Shown piece after piece: positions 52,293 to 60,593 of a DNA stretch of 64,000 nt (position 1 is its first letter; each line of letters begins with the position of its first letter). Under the pieces are notes generated by a model. It was not told where the DNA came from, made no database searches, and was given only the letters and a program-made list of their open reading frames with translations. Location of the stretch: contig CAVUJS010000009.1 in the NCBI GenBank assembly GCA_963741885.1, positions 54,636 to 118,635 of the forward strand, in the 5' to 3' direction. Source of the stretch: an uncultured Chloroflexia bacterium (GTDB lineage Bacteria > Chloroflexota > Anaerolineae > Anaerolineales > Anaerolineaceae). The position numbers and the translations under genes are program-made.

Positions 52293-53393
52293 ATGGCGAA
52301 TAATGAGAGTTTGAATAAGGCAAATATAGCAAAGAAAGACGAGTTTTATACGCAGCTGTCGGATATTGAGGCAGAAATGCGCCATTACAAAGAACAGTTT
52401 CGCGGCAAGGTCATTTTCTGCAACTGCGACGACCCATATGAGAGCAACTTTTTCAAATATTTTGCGATGAACTTTAATTTTTTGGGTCTAAAAAAACTGA
52501 TCGCTACCAGTTATTCCGGGTCTCCGGTCGCGACCCAACAACTGTCCTTGTTTGATGTTAAGGATTTGGCGGTGGAAAGCACCGATGACAGGCACCCGTA
52601 TAAAGTCGAGATTACTGAAGTAAATGACGAAAACGCGGACGGCGCGGTTGGCCTGGCGGACGTGGCGTATTTGCTCAAAAACAAAAAAAATGCTTTAGCG
52701 TTACTGGAAGATGGCGGCGATTTCCGCTCGGCTGAATGTATCGCACTTGCTGAAAGAAGCGGATATCGTAGTCGACTAATCCACCATTTTCACTGTTCCG
52801 GGAATATGTGGCGCAGTTAGATGGAATACGAAAAAGCAGTTTATCATTATTGGTAATACAAATGCTTTAACATATAAAGAAATATTTAAACTAATAAAGA
52901 GGACAATAAGATTTGGCTATGGCAAATTTCCATAGTGGGAATGTATTTTTATGTTCCAGATTATTACCCGATAAATAGCGATAAGATTGAAGAGTGGACG
53001 AAAGATGGTTAGGGTTTCGTACATCTTGTTGGTTTACTAACCTATGAGTTTGAAGAACGACACGAAAATTATTACATCTATATAAGCATTACACATCCGA
53101 AGAATACCCTCGCTATATTAATTACGACGCAATTGAAGTGCTCAAAAACCGCCGAAATACCCTGCGACTATGATGGTGAAATGGGCGTTCCCATTACATT
53201 CCTTGATAAATACAATCCGGAACAATTTGAAATTATAGGTTCAAGTATCTTTCTCGGAAAACCGATGTCTGAAATTGCCCCGAAAGGAACCTATATGGCG
53301 GGGGGCGTAAGGTTCTATCTTCCAAATGGGGATGGCACTTACAAACGTCTTTATGATCGGATTGTGATTAAGCGGAAAGGCGCTCGACAATGA
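52293..53393 (+). pseudogene. Decayed N6-adenine DNA methyltransferase (EcoRI-methylase-like family), multiple frameshifts and stops
   Basis: The N-terminal 150 aa are intact (KKDEFYTQ, VIFCNCDDPYESNFFKYF). NPPFSLFREYVAQL, IIIGNTNALTYKEIFKLIK, YFYVPDYYPINSDKIEEW, WFTNL, YPRYINYDAIEVLKN and GVPITFLDKYNPEQFEIIG are all present but spread over all three frames, with at least 6 frame changes. Confidence 0.8.
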
Positions 53394-54478
53394 AAATCGA
53401 ATTGCAAGAAATCACCGTCCGCGAAGTCGCGGAAAAGTACGTAGATAACGCCGAAGAGGGCGTGGTGGGCTACCACAGCAAACTGAATATCCGCCCGAAA
53501 TACCAGCGCGAGTTCGTCTATGACGAGAAAAAGCGTAACGCGGTGATGGATACCATCCGCAACGGTTTTCCCCTCAATGTCATCTACTGGGCGAAAAATG
53601 AAGATGGCACGTTTGAAGTGTTAGACGGTCAGCAAAGGACGATCAGTTTTTGCCAGTACGTTTGCGGCGATTTCTCCATCGACAACCGCGCTTTCCACAA
53701 CCTGACGAACACCGAAAAAGAACAGATCCTCAACTATCCGCTGATGGTCTATTTCTGCGAGGGCAACGACAAGGAAAAGTTAGACTGGTTCAAGATCATC
53801 AATATTGCTGGCGAAAAACTCACCGACCAGGAACTGCGCAACGCGGTATATACCGGACCCTGGCTGACACACGCAAAATCGATCTTCAGTAAAAGCAACT
53901 GCGCGGCTTATCTTTTATCCAAAGACTATGTGAGTGGCTCTCCGATCCGGCAAGAAATTCTCGAAACAGCATTAAGTTGGATCTCAAATGGCGAAATAGA
54001 GAAGTACATGTCTATGCACCAGCACGACCCGAACGCGAATGAGTTGTGGATGTATTACCGGAGCGTCATAGATTGGGTGCAATTAACCTTCCCTGAGTAC
54101 CGTAAAGAAATGAAAGGCATCGAATGGGGCGGTTTGTACGATCAATTCAAAGATGAATTGTTTGACACCCACAAGTTGGAGCAGGAAATACAGTCCCTGA
54201 TGCTGGATGATGACGTCACAAAAAAACGGGGAATTTATCCTTATGTATTAAACCGCGACGAGAAATATCTCAATCTTCGCGCCTTTACCCCGAATCAAAA
54301 GCGGGAAGCGTATGAAAGGCAAAAAGGCATCTGTCCAAGATGCGGACCTGAGAAACACTACGCACTGGAAGAAATGGAAGCTGACCACATTACTCCGTGG
54401 CATGAAGGCGGGAAAACCATCGCGGAGAACTGCCAGTTTCTTTGCAAGAGACACAATCGGGAAAAATCTGGAAAATAA
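53390..54478 (+). CDS. DUF262 (ParB/Srx-fold, GmrSD N-domain-like) + C-terminal HNH nuclease
   Basis: RPKYQREFVY and LDGQQRT (DUF262 motifs). C-terminal CPRCG...ADHITPWHEGGKTIAENCQFLCKRHNREK (HNH). ATGA overlap with the end of the methylase pseudogene. AT-rich codon usage. Confidence 0.85.
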   Translation: MKIELQEITVREVAEKYVDNAEEGVVGYHSKLNIRPKYQREFVYDEKKRNAVMDTIRNGFPLNVIYWAKNEDGTFEVLDGQQRTISFCQYVCGDFSIDNRAFHNLTNTEKEQILNYPLMVYFCEGNDKEKLDWFKIINIAGEKLTDQELRNAVYTGPWLTHAKSIFSKSNCAAYLLSKDYVSGSPIRQEILETALSWISNGEIEKYMSMHQHDPNANELWMYYRSVIDWVQLTFPEYRKEMKGIEWGGLYDQFKDELFDTHKLEQEIQSLMLDDDVTKKRGIYPYVLNRDEKYLNLRAFTPNQKREAYERQKGICPRCGPEKHYALEEMEADHITPWHEGGKTIAENCQFLCKRHNREKSGK

Positions 54479-54592
54479 AAATTGGTAAGAACAATAAACG
54501 CTCCTTCTTTTGCGAATTGAAGGAGCGTTTAGATTGTTGGAGGGGTTTTGTGTTTATTTTTTGAGCACTTCATTTAAGCTGCCACTGCTGAA

Positions 54593-54845
54593 GCCTTCCC
54601 GCTCAAGGGCAAGCAGGTGACGGCGCATTAAGCAAAAGCCCGGTTCCATCCTGGAACAACTCACGCCCCTGGTGAATTACGGGGCGGGTAAGGCCGTCCC
54701 CGAATGCGGCTGCGCCGCAAAACGAATAAACGCATCAAACAGGGTGAGCGGAGGTTCCTTTCGAAAGCCAATGATCATTCGCGGATGAACCCAAGCCATC
54801 CTCGGCCTATTTATTCGTTTATTCGCTTCTGCCATTCGTGGACGG
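54593..54845. repeat. Direct repeat, copy 2 (pseudo 3' end of the radical SAM gene + spacer + MITE-like element 54694..54845)
   Basis: GCCTTCCCGCTCAAGGGCAAGCAGGTGACGGCGCATTAAGC... is collinear with 50074..50327. Preceded by a ~45-bp segment homologous to the larE 3' end. Confidence 0.9.
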
Positions 54846-54973
54846 CATTCCCATCCATGACTACGGAAAAGGCGTCCGAATGGCAAGCCGGCGCCAGATG
54901 GGCAGAGCAATCCCGGTTAGGAGCGCGATCCCGTGGCTCTCAGGTAGGGGATAGTTGCTCCAATTCAACCTGC

Positions 54974-55756
54974 TCAGACGCTTAAGACCCATACGTCAGT
55001 CTGCTTGTTCTGGCCTTTAATCTCGAGCTGCCTGGATTCCAGGCTGCCCAAATCGAGCCCAGAGGCTGTATAGGCCGCGTCGCTGATGAGAATCTCACCC
55101 GTCCCAGCCTGCGTGGCCAGGTGCGCGGTGATATTGACATTCGTGCCTAAAGCAGTGAAATCGGTTGGTTGGCCGTGCGAACCCCCAACCACGCCAACAA
55201 ATGCTGTGCCTGTATGAATCCCAATGCCCACCGGAACCCAGGGACCTTCCGTTTCTCCATGCCCGGTCAGCTTCAACAGGTTTTGAGCTGCTTTAATCGC
55301 CTTACCTGGATGATCCTGCCCGGCGAGCCCGGGGATAAACAAACCGACCACCTCATCGCCGATTAACCGGTCTACCATCGCATCCGTCTTGATCAGAACA
55401 TCGGTAGCGGTGACATAGAAACGGTTGATCAGCTTGCTAAATTCCAGAGCGCTCATTTTTTCGGCCAGAACAGATGAACCCCGCACGTCAGCAAAGAGCA
55501 TGGTCAGCACGACTTCTGCCCCGCCAGGATGTTCATAGCGCTCGCATTGCTCACAGTAGCGAGGGTTGAACCGTGACTGGTCCTTACCGATCAAATGCAT
55601 CAGAAATCCCCCCAAGCCTTTGAAGGGCGCGTTACACAACTTGCAACGAGGGCTGGAAGGTAACAGGCCCATTAAGTGACGGAGATGGACCGGCACGTTT
55701 TCCCCTGTGGTAAGCGACCGATACCATTCCTCTTCAAGGGTCTGTTTGTCTGGCAT
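54974..55756 (-). CDS. Class III adenylate/guanylate cyclase with N-terminal Zn-ribbon
   Basis: CKLCN...CEQCE ribbon. LFADVRGSSVLAEK, GDEVVGLF, GIHTGTAFVGVVG and GTNVNITAHL cyclase core. Confidence 0.85.
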   Translation of the reverse strand: MPDKQTLEEEWYRSLTTGENVPVHLRHLMGLLPSSPRCKLCNAPFKGLGGFLMHLIGKDQSRFNPRYCEQCERYEHPGGAEVVLTMLFADVRGSSVLAEKMSALEFSKLINRFYVTATDVLIKTDAMVDRLIGDEVVGLFIPGLAGQDHPGKAIKAAQNLLKLTGHGETEGPWVPVGIGIHTGTAFVGVVGGSHGQPTDFTALGTNVNITAHLATQAGTGEILISDAAYTASGLDLGSLESRQLEIKGQNKQTDVWVLSV

Positions 55757-55764
55757 ACTTCCCT

Positions 55765-56607
55765 CTAATCTTTATTCAGCACTTCATTTAAACTGCCACT
55801 GCGGAAGCCTTCCAGGTCTACGGTGACGTACTGGAAGCCAATTTGCTTGAAATAGGCGCTGACTTCTTCGCGCAGCCCGACCAGGCGGGCGATTTCGCTG
55901 GCCTGGACTTCGATGCGCGCTAAAGGGCCAGTATTGCGCACGCGCACCACGTCGAAGTTGAGCGCGCGCAGGTAGGCTTCGCCAGAGGCCACCTGCTGTA
56001 ACTTCTCGCGGGTGACTTTATTGCCGTAGGGGATGCGGGAGGCCAGGCAGGGCGAAGAGGGGTGGTTCCAGTTACCTAACCCCAAGGCTTTGGCCATAGC
56101 GCGCACTTCCTGCTTGGTGATGCCCAGTTCGGCCAGCGGAGAGGTGACCTGACGTTCCTTTGCCGCGCGCAAGCCGGGGCGGTAATCGCCCAGGTCGTCG
56201 GCGTTGGCGCCCATCAGCACGTGCCGGATGCCCGCTTTCTGGGCAATCTCACTGATGATGCCCAGGTCGACCGATTTGCACACATAGCAGCGGTTCGGAG
56301 AGTTTTCCACGTATTCTTCATCTTGCAGCTTGTCATAATCAATGACCTGGTGGGGAAAACCAAACTGGGCTGCCAGGGCAGCGGCTGTTTCCATGATGCC
56401 CGCGGTCTCTACCTGCGAGCGGATGGTGACCGCCAGCATGTGCGGCTCGAGCGCCTGGTGGGCGACCACCGCCAGCAGCGAACTATCCACGCCGCCTGAA
56501 AATGCCACGACTGCCGCATCCATCTCCGTCAGGCGCTGCACCAGCGCCTGGTATTTTTGATCTATTTGGGGGTTATGGGTAAGGGTTGGGAGGGTTTTTG
56601 TCGTCAT
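55765..56607 (-). CDS. larE: ATP-dependent sacrificial sulfur transferase LarE (PP-loop ATPase)
   Basis: PP-loop VAFSGGVDSS, CYVCK, and the sacrificial-Cys motif SSPCLASRIPYG. No larA/B/C adjacent. Confidence 0.85.
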   Translation of the reverse strand: MTTKTLPTLTHNPQIDQKYQALVQRLTEMDAAVVAFSGGVDSSLLAVVAHQALEPHMLAVTIRSQVETAGIMETAAALAAQFGFPHQVIDYDKLQDEEYVENSPNRCYVCKSVDLGIISEIAQKAGIRHVLMGANADDLGDYRPGLRAAKERQVTSPLAELGITKQEVRAMAKALGLGNWNHPSSPCLASRIPYGNKVTREKLQQVASGEAYLRALNFDVVRVRNTGPLARIEVQASEIARLVGLREEVSAYFKQIGFQYVTVDLEGFRSGSLNEVLNKD

Positions 56608-56714
56608 AGGATACCTTATAAACTGATTATCGAAGCGCAGCGCAGGTTATATATTAGCCGAAAACGGGGGATTTTGTCAAATAATCGAGCAGTGGCAGTG
56701 CCGGGGCGATGGCA

Positions 56715-56955
56715 CTCCGAAAATAGTTTCCGGTTTTACAAAAAATCCTCACCCCGCGGTTCGCCGCAAGGATAGGTTGCCCGACGCAAGAAGAAAGAGC
56801 GGCGAACCGTGTCCTCTCCATTTTCGCCAAAGCCCGAAAACGGAGAGGGGTGTCTTTTTAATGGCGCGAAAATTTGACCGATTTCTGCCTCCCCTCTCCG
56901 AAAACGGGCGATTTTTCCGTTTTTGGAGAGGGGAACGAGGGGTGAGGACTTTATG
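56715..56955. repeat. Mosaic hairpin repeat cluster (uninterrupted reference copy)
   Basis: TCCGGTTTTACAAAAAATCCTCACCCC + CGGTTCGCCGC...GCGGCGAACCG + CTCTCCATTTTCGCC...AAAACGGAGAGGGG + CCCCTCTCCGAAAACGGGCG...CGTTTTTGGAGAGGGG + GGGTGAGGAC. Confidence 0.85.
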
Positions 56956-56984
56956 TGTCGCATCGCGCACTGCCACCAGGGCGA

Positions 56985-58760
56985 TTATTTTTGGTTTAAG
57001 GCACCCAGATCCAGTCGATACGCTGCGGGTTGCGCATCCGATCGTCGATGAGGAAGGGTTTCCAGTCGCGCGAGCGCAGGCCGTAGAGCAGGGTGGCGGG
57101 GCCGCCGTTCGGGTCTGGCGAGAAGAAGAAGTACAGGCCAGTCTGGGTGGAGGAACTCGGTAAAGCTGCTTATGGGCGGTTGGAAGATCACCTGCGGGTC
57201 GCTGCCGGGCTTCACCAGGGTCAGGCCGGCGCTGCGGCTGGTGAACAGCCAGGAACCATCCGGCAGCATGCGCAGCGGGTTGGGCGGCTGGCCCATCGAG
57301 CCGTCAAAGGGTGAGCCGGTCAGGACGGGCCGGAGATCCCCATTGCGTTGGATGGAGAACATGCCTTCGCCCGGGTTGTAACCATACCAGGCAGCGTAGT
57401 AGTTGCCGGTGTAGAGCTTCTGAAAACCGGTGTTGGAAATGGCGCGGGGTTGGGGATTGTAGAGCGAAACGAGGTAGATGCCGGGTTCGCTGCTTTTCTC
57501 ACTGGCGTTTGCCACCTGGGGCGTCACGCTGACGACCACCTGGTTGTGTGCCTTGTCGAAGATAAAGTCCGCGTAACAGCCGGGCCATAACTGGGTGACC
57601 TCAGCCGTGTGCAGGTTCACCACGCGCAGGTCCTGGCTGCCGCAGTTGGGCCGGGAAGAGGACAGCATCACATTGACACCCGTCAGCCACTGCACCAGCC
57701 GTTCGCCCCCCGACTGGTTGCCCGGCGCAACCTGGATAGAGTTGCCGCCGTAGACTTCGTACACCCAGGCGCCCGCTAACCAGACGCCCGCGCCGGTGCC
57801 GAAGCTGTACGCGGCGGTATAAAACAGGCGCTGCCCAGAAAGGGACCAGTCCAGGTTGAAGGCGTGGGCCGGGCCTTCGCTCAACTGCAGCTGAGTCACC
57901 CGGCGCATATCACCAGTGGAGGGGGTGTAGATGTAGATATCCCCGGAATTCCCCTCATGCCCCGAGACAAACGCCAGCATATGCCCGCCCGGCGACCAGA
58001 CCATGCCGCCCTGATCATAGGCGCTCAGGGTTTGGAAAGCCGCGTCCAGGTCCGCCTGCGAGCTGGAGGCGTTGAGGCTGGGGTTGGTGATGGAGGTGAT
58101 GGTGTAGCTTTTATCATTATACAGCGTCATGATTTTGAGGCTGTAGCCGTAGGGGTGGTCGTAAGGGGTGGTGTTCGGGACGGCATGGGTGACGTAAGCG
58201 GCCATCGTGCCGCCGGGGGAAACCAGCAGGTGATCAATGGGGTCGCTGGTCAGCAGCGTCAGCTGGGTGCCGTTAGGGCGCAGCGCCCACAGGCCTTGCG
58301 GCGATGGAATCAGGCCCATCACGCCCTGGGTCAGCGTGCCGGTGGGGATGACCTGCGGGGTCGGGGTGGCGAGGAGCGGCGGCTGGTTGGTGGGGGTCGG
58401 CTGTTTCGCTTCAGCCGTGAGAGTGGGCCCGAACATATCCCCGATGGTGGGGACCGGCAAAGGCGTGCCGATCGGCGGGGGGTTGATATCCAGGGGCGGG
58501 GTGATGGGCTGGTCGCCAGCCTGGGCCAGCGGCGGCAGCAGCGTGCTTAACGGACTGCCGGTGATGGGCAGCCCGCTGCTTTGCGTTTGCAGCGTCAGCG
58601 GGAAGGGCGTGACGGTGGGAATGTGGGTGGGGCTGGGGATTAAGGTAATGGTCGGAAAGGTATCCCCGCCGGCAGGCTGGGCTGGCCCGCAGGCGGTTAA
58701 GATAAGCAGGAGCAGGGCCAGTGCGCTCAGGCCCCGGTAGAGGAAAGCTTTCGATTGCAT
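56985..58760 (-). CDS. Lipoprotein with Pro/Thr-rich linker and TolB-like beta-propeller; 3' end apparently frameshifted
   Basis: Lipobox LILTAC. VWSPGGHMLAF and DWSLSGQRLFY motifs. The last ~45 codons of the annotated frame are Arg/Pro junk. An alternative frame reads GLYFFFSPDPNGGPATLLYGLRSRDWKPFLIDDRMRNPQRIDWIWVP and stops at 56996. Confidence 0.75.
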   Translation of the reverse strand: MQSKAFLYRGLSALALLLLILTACGPAQPAGGDTFPTITLIPSPTHIPTVTPFPLTLQTQSSGLPITGSPLSTLLPPLAQAGDQPITPPLDINPPPIGTPLPVPTIGDMFGPTLTAEAKQPTPTNQPPLLATPTPQVIPTGTLTQGVMGLIPSPQGLWALRPNGTQLTLLTSDPIDHLLVSPGGTMAAYVTHAVPNTTPYDHPYGYSLKIMTLYNDKSYTITSITNPSLNASSSQADLDAAFQTLSAYDQGGMVWSPGGHMLAFVSGHEGNSGDIYIYTPSTGDMRRVTQLQLSEGPAHAFNLDWSLSGQRLFYTAAYSFGTGAGVWLAGAWVYEVYGGNSIQVAPGNQSGGERLVQWLTGVNVMLSSSRPNCGSQDLRVVNLHTAEVTQLWPGCYADFIFDKAHNQVVVSVTPQVANASEKSSEPGIYLVSLYNPQPRAISNTGFQKLYTGNYYAAWYGYNPGEGMFSIQRNGDLRPVLTGSPFDGSMGQPPNPLRMLPDGSWLFTSRSAGLTLVKPGSDPQVIFQPPISSFTEFLHPDWPVLLLLARPERRPRHPALRPALARLETLPHRRSDAQPAAYRLDLGALNQK

Positions 58761-58826
58761 ACTAAAATGGTATACGTTGCGGGCGCTTACGTCAAGTCGT
58801 AGAAGGCTAAAAAGGGCAGAAAATTG

Positions 58827-60593
58827 TCAAGAAATGGGCGTTTCAGATTTCTTCGTCACCTCGACGCAGGTGCCCTGGCCCGGTTTCGATTCCAGCTCAA
58901 AATTCGCGCCGATCAGGTCGGCGCGTTCGCGCATGCCCAGCAGCCCGTAATGGCCCAGGTGAGCATACGCCCCGGGGTCTGCCGGGATGCTAAACCCGCT
59001 CCCGTCATCCTGCACCGAAAGGCACACCCGCTGATCTTCAAAAGCCAGCTCCATGCGCACCTGCCGCGCGCCGGAATGGTGCATGGCGTTATTTAAGGCC
59101 TCTTGCGCAATGCGGTAGAAAGACAGCTCCACTTCTGGGCTCAGGCGGCGTTCAGCGCCGCTGACCTTAAACTTGAGCGCCGGGCGGCTGGCGGAGGGTT
59201 CTTCGGTCGGGTCTGCCTGCGCCAGCATCCCCAGGGCGGCCACCAGGCCGAGGTCTTCCAGGTAGATGGGGCGCAGCCCGCCAATGGCGCGGCGCAGGTT
59301 GGCGATGGTTTCGGTGACGCGTGCTTGCAGGTCGAGCAAGGACTGGCGCTGCTGGGGATCGGCTTGCAGCAGCGCCATCTGGACGTGCTGGTTGAGGGCG
59401 ATCAGGGACTGCAGGGTATCATCGTGCAGCTCGCGGGCCAGCGAGCGGCGTTCCGTCTCCAGCCCGGCGGTCAATGCGCCGATGTAAGCGTGCAGCGCCT
59501 GCTGCGCCGACTGTAATGCCGCGGCCATATTGACCAGTTCATCTTGCAAGTTGCGGATTTCACTGATCCCGCCGGCGGGCTGGCGCAGGGCAGAGAAATC
59601 CCCGGCAGCCAGGCGGCGCGCGCGGGTTTCCAGGGCTTGCAGCGGCTGGACGATCTGCCGCGCGCCAAACCACAGCGCCAGCAAAGCCAGCAGCAGCACC
59701 GGGATCAGCACCAGCGGCGCGGATTGGGTGAGGTTGAACAGCGGCCCGGCACTGGCTTCCCAGGGCTCTTCCAACACTAACCCCCAGCCGAAGGGCGGCA
59801 CCGGGCTGAAGGCAATCACATGTTCCCCGGAATGCCCGGCTGCCATGCCCGTTTGCGCCGGGCTGTAATTGACCCCGCTCTCCCCGCGCAGGACGTCCAC
59901 CACGCCCGAGTTCTGGTTGATGGGGTTGCTCGCGTTGTACGCGCCCAGCTGATAAAGCACCGCGCCCTGCTTGGAAAGCAGTAAAACCGTGGTCTGGGCA
60001 GAGGTCACGCCGTCTAAGGCTTCGCGGGCCAGGCTGGCCGGGCTAAACGCGCCTACCAGCAGGCCGCCCTGGGGAATATCCACCAGCCCAGGCACCCACC
60101 AGTGCCCATCCTCCGTCTGCACGGGGTTCGCCAGGTGGGCGATATATCCTGCGCCTACCGGCTGCGGGTTGGTCTTTTGTAACGCAGTCAGGTTGAGCAG
60201 AAAGGGCACGGCAGAGGTCGATTTGGCTAACAGCTGTCCATTCTCGCCGTACCAGGCCAGGCCCCCATCGAAACCGTTGCTCACCGCGGCCTGGTCCAGC
60301 CAGCCCTGCGGTTTGGCCACGGCCGGGCTGCCAGCGCGGTAGGCCAGCATCTCCAGGGCGGTGGCGCGGCTGGTGATTTCATGCGCCAGGTCGCTGGCGG
60401 TCGCACGCACCGCGCGCAGGTCGCGCTCGCCGATCAGCGTGCGCATTTCCTGATGGTGCAGCCCCTGGCTGGCCAGTACAATCGCCAGCAGCAGGGCGGT
60501 CAGCGGTACGACCAGGAACAGGAACAGCTGCAAGGTCAGGCCGCGCCAGCGGATTAACGGCAGCGGCAGCCCGCGGGGGTCTGGATCGTTCAT
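58827..60593 (-). CDS. Sensor histidine kinase (periplasmic Cache-like domain, HAMP, HisKA_3, HATPase)
   Basis: H-box RELHDDTLQSLIAL. EALNNAMHHS, DDGSGF and GLLGMRERADLIG. Confidence 0.9.
   Translation of the reverse strand: MNDPDPRGLPLPLIRWRGLTLQLFLFLVVPLTALLLAIVLASQGLHHQEMRTLIGERDLRAVRATASDLAHEITSRATALEMLAYRAGSPAVAKPQGWLDQAAVSNGFDGGLAWYGENGQLLAKSTSAVPFLLNLTALQKTNPQPVGAGYIAHLANPVQTEDGHWWVPGLVDIPQGGLLVGAFSPASLAREALDGVTSAQTTVLLLSKQGAVLYQLGAYNASNPINQNSGVVDVLRGESGVNYSPAQTGMAAGHSGEHVIAFSPVPPFGWGLVLEEPWEASAGPLFNLTQSAPLVLIPVLLLALLALWFGARQIVQPLQALETRARRLAAGDFSALRQPAGGISEIRNLQDELVNMAAALQSAQQALHAYIGALTAGLETERRSLARELHDDTLQSLIALNQHVQMALLQADPQQRQSLLDLQARVTETIANLRRAIGGLRPIYLEDLGLVAALGMLAQADPTEEPSASRPALKFKVSGAERRLSPEVELSFYRIAQEALNNAMHHSGARQVRMELAFEDQRVCLSVQDDGSGFSIPADPGAYAHLGHYGLLGMRERADLIGANFELESKPGQGTCVEVTKKSETPIS

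Noticed and set aside
50328-54592. Classical integrative element (integrase/att) or prophage remnant
   Set aside because: No tyrosine/serine recombinase, tRNA or phage genes are present. The only mobility gene is the IS4 transposase, whose own TSD shows that it inserted independently. The island borders look recombinational instead.
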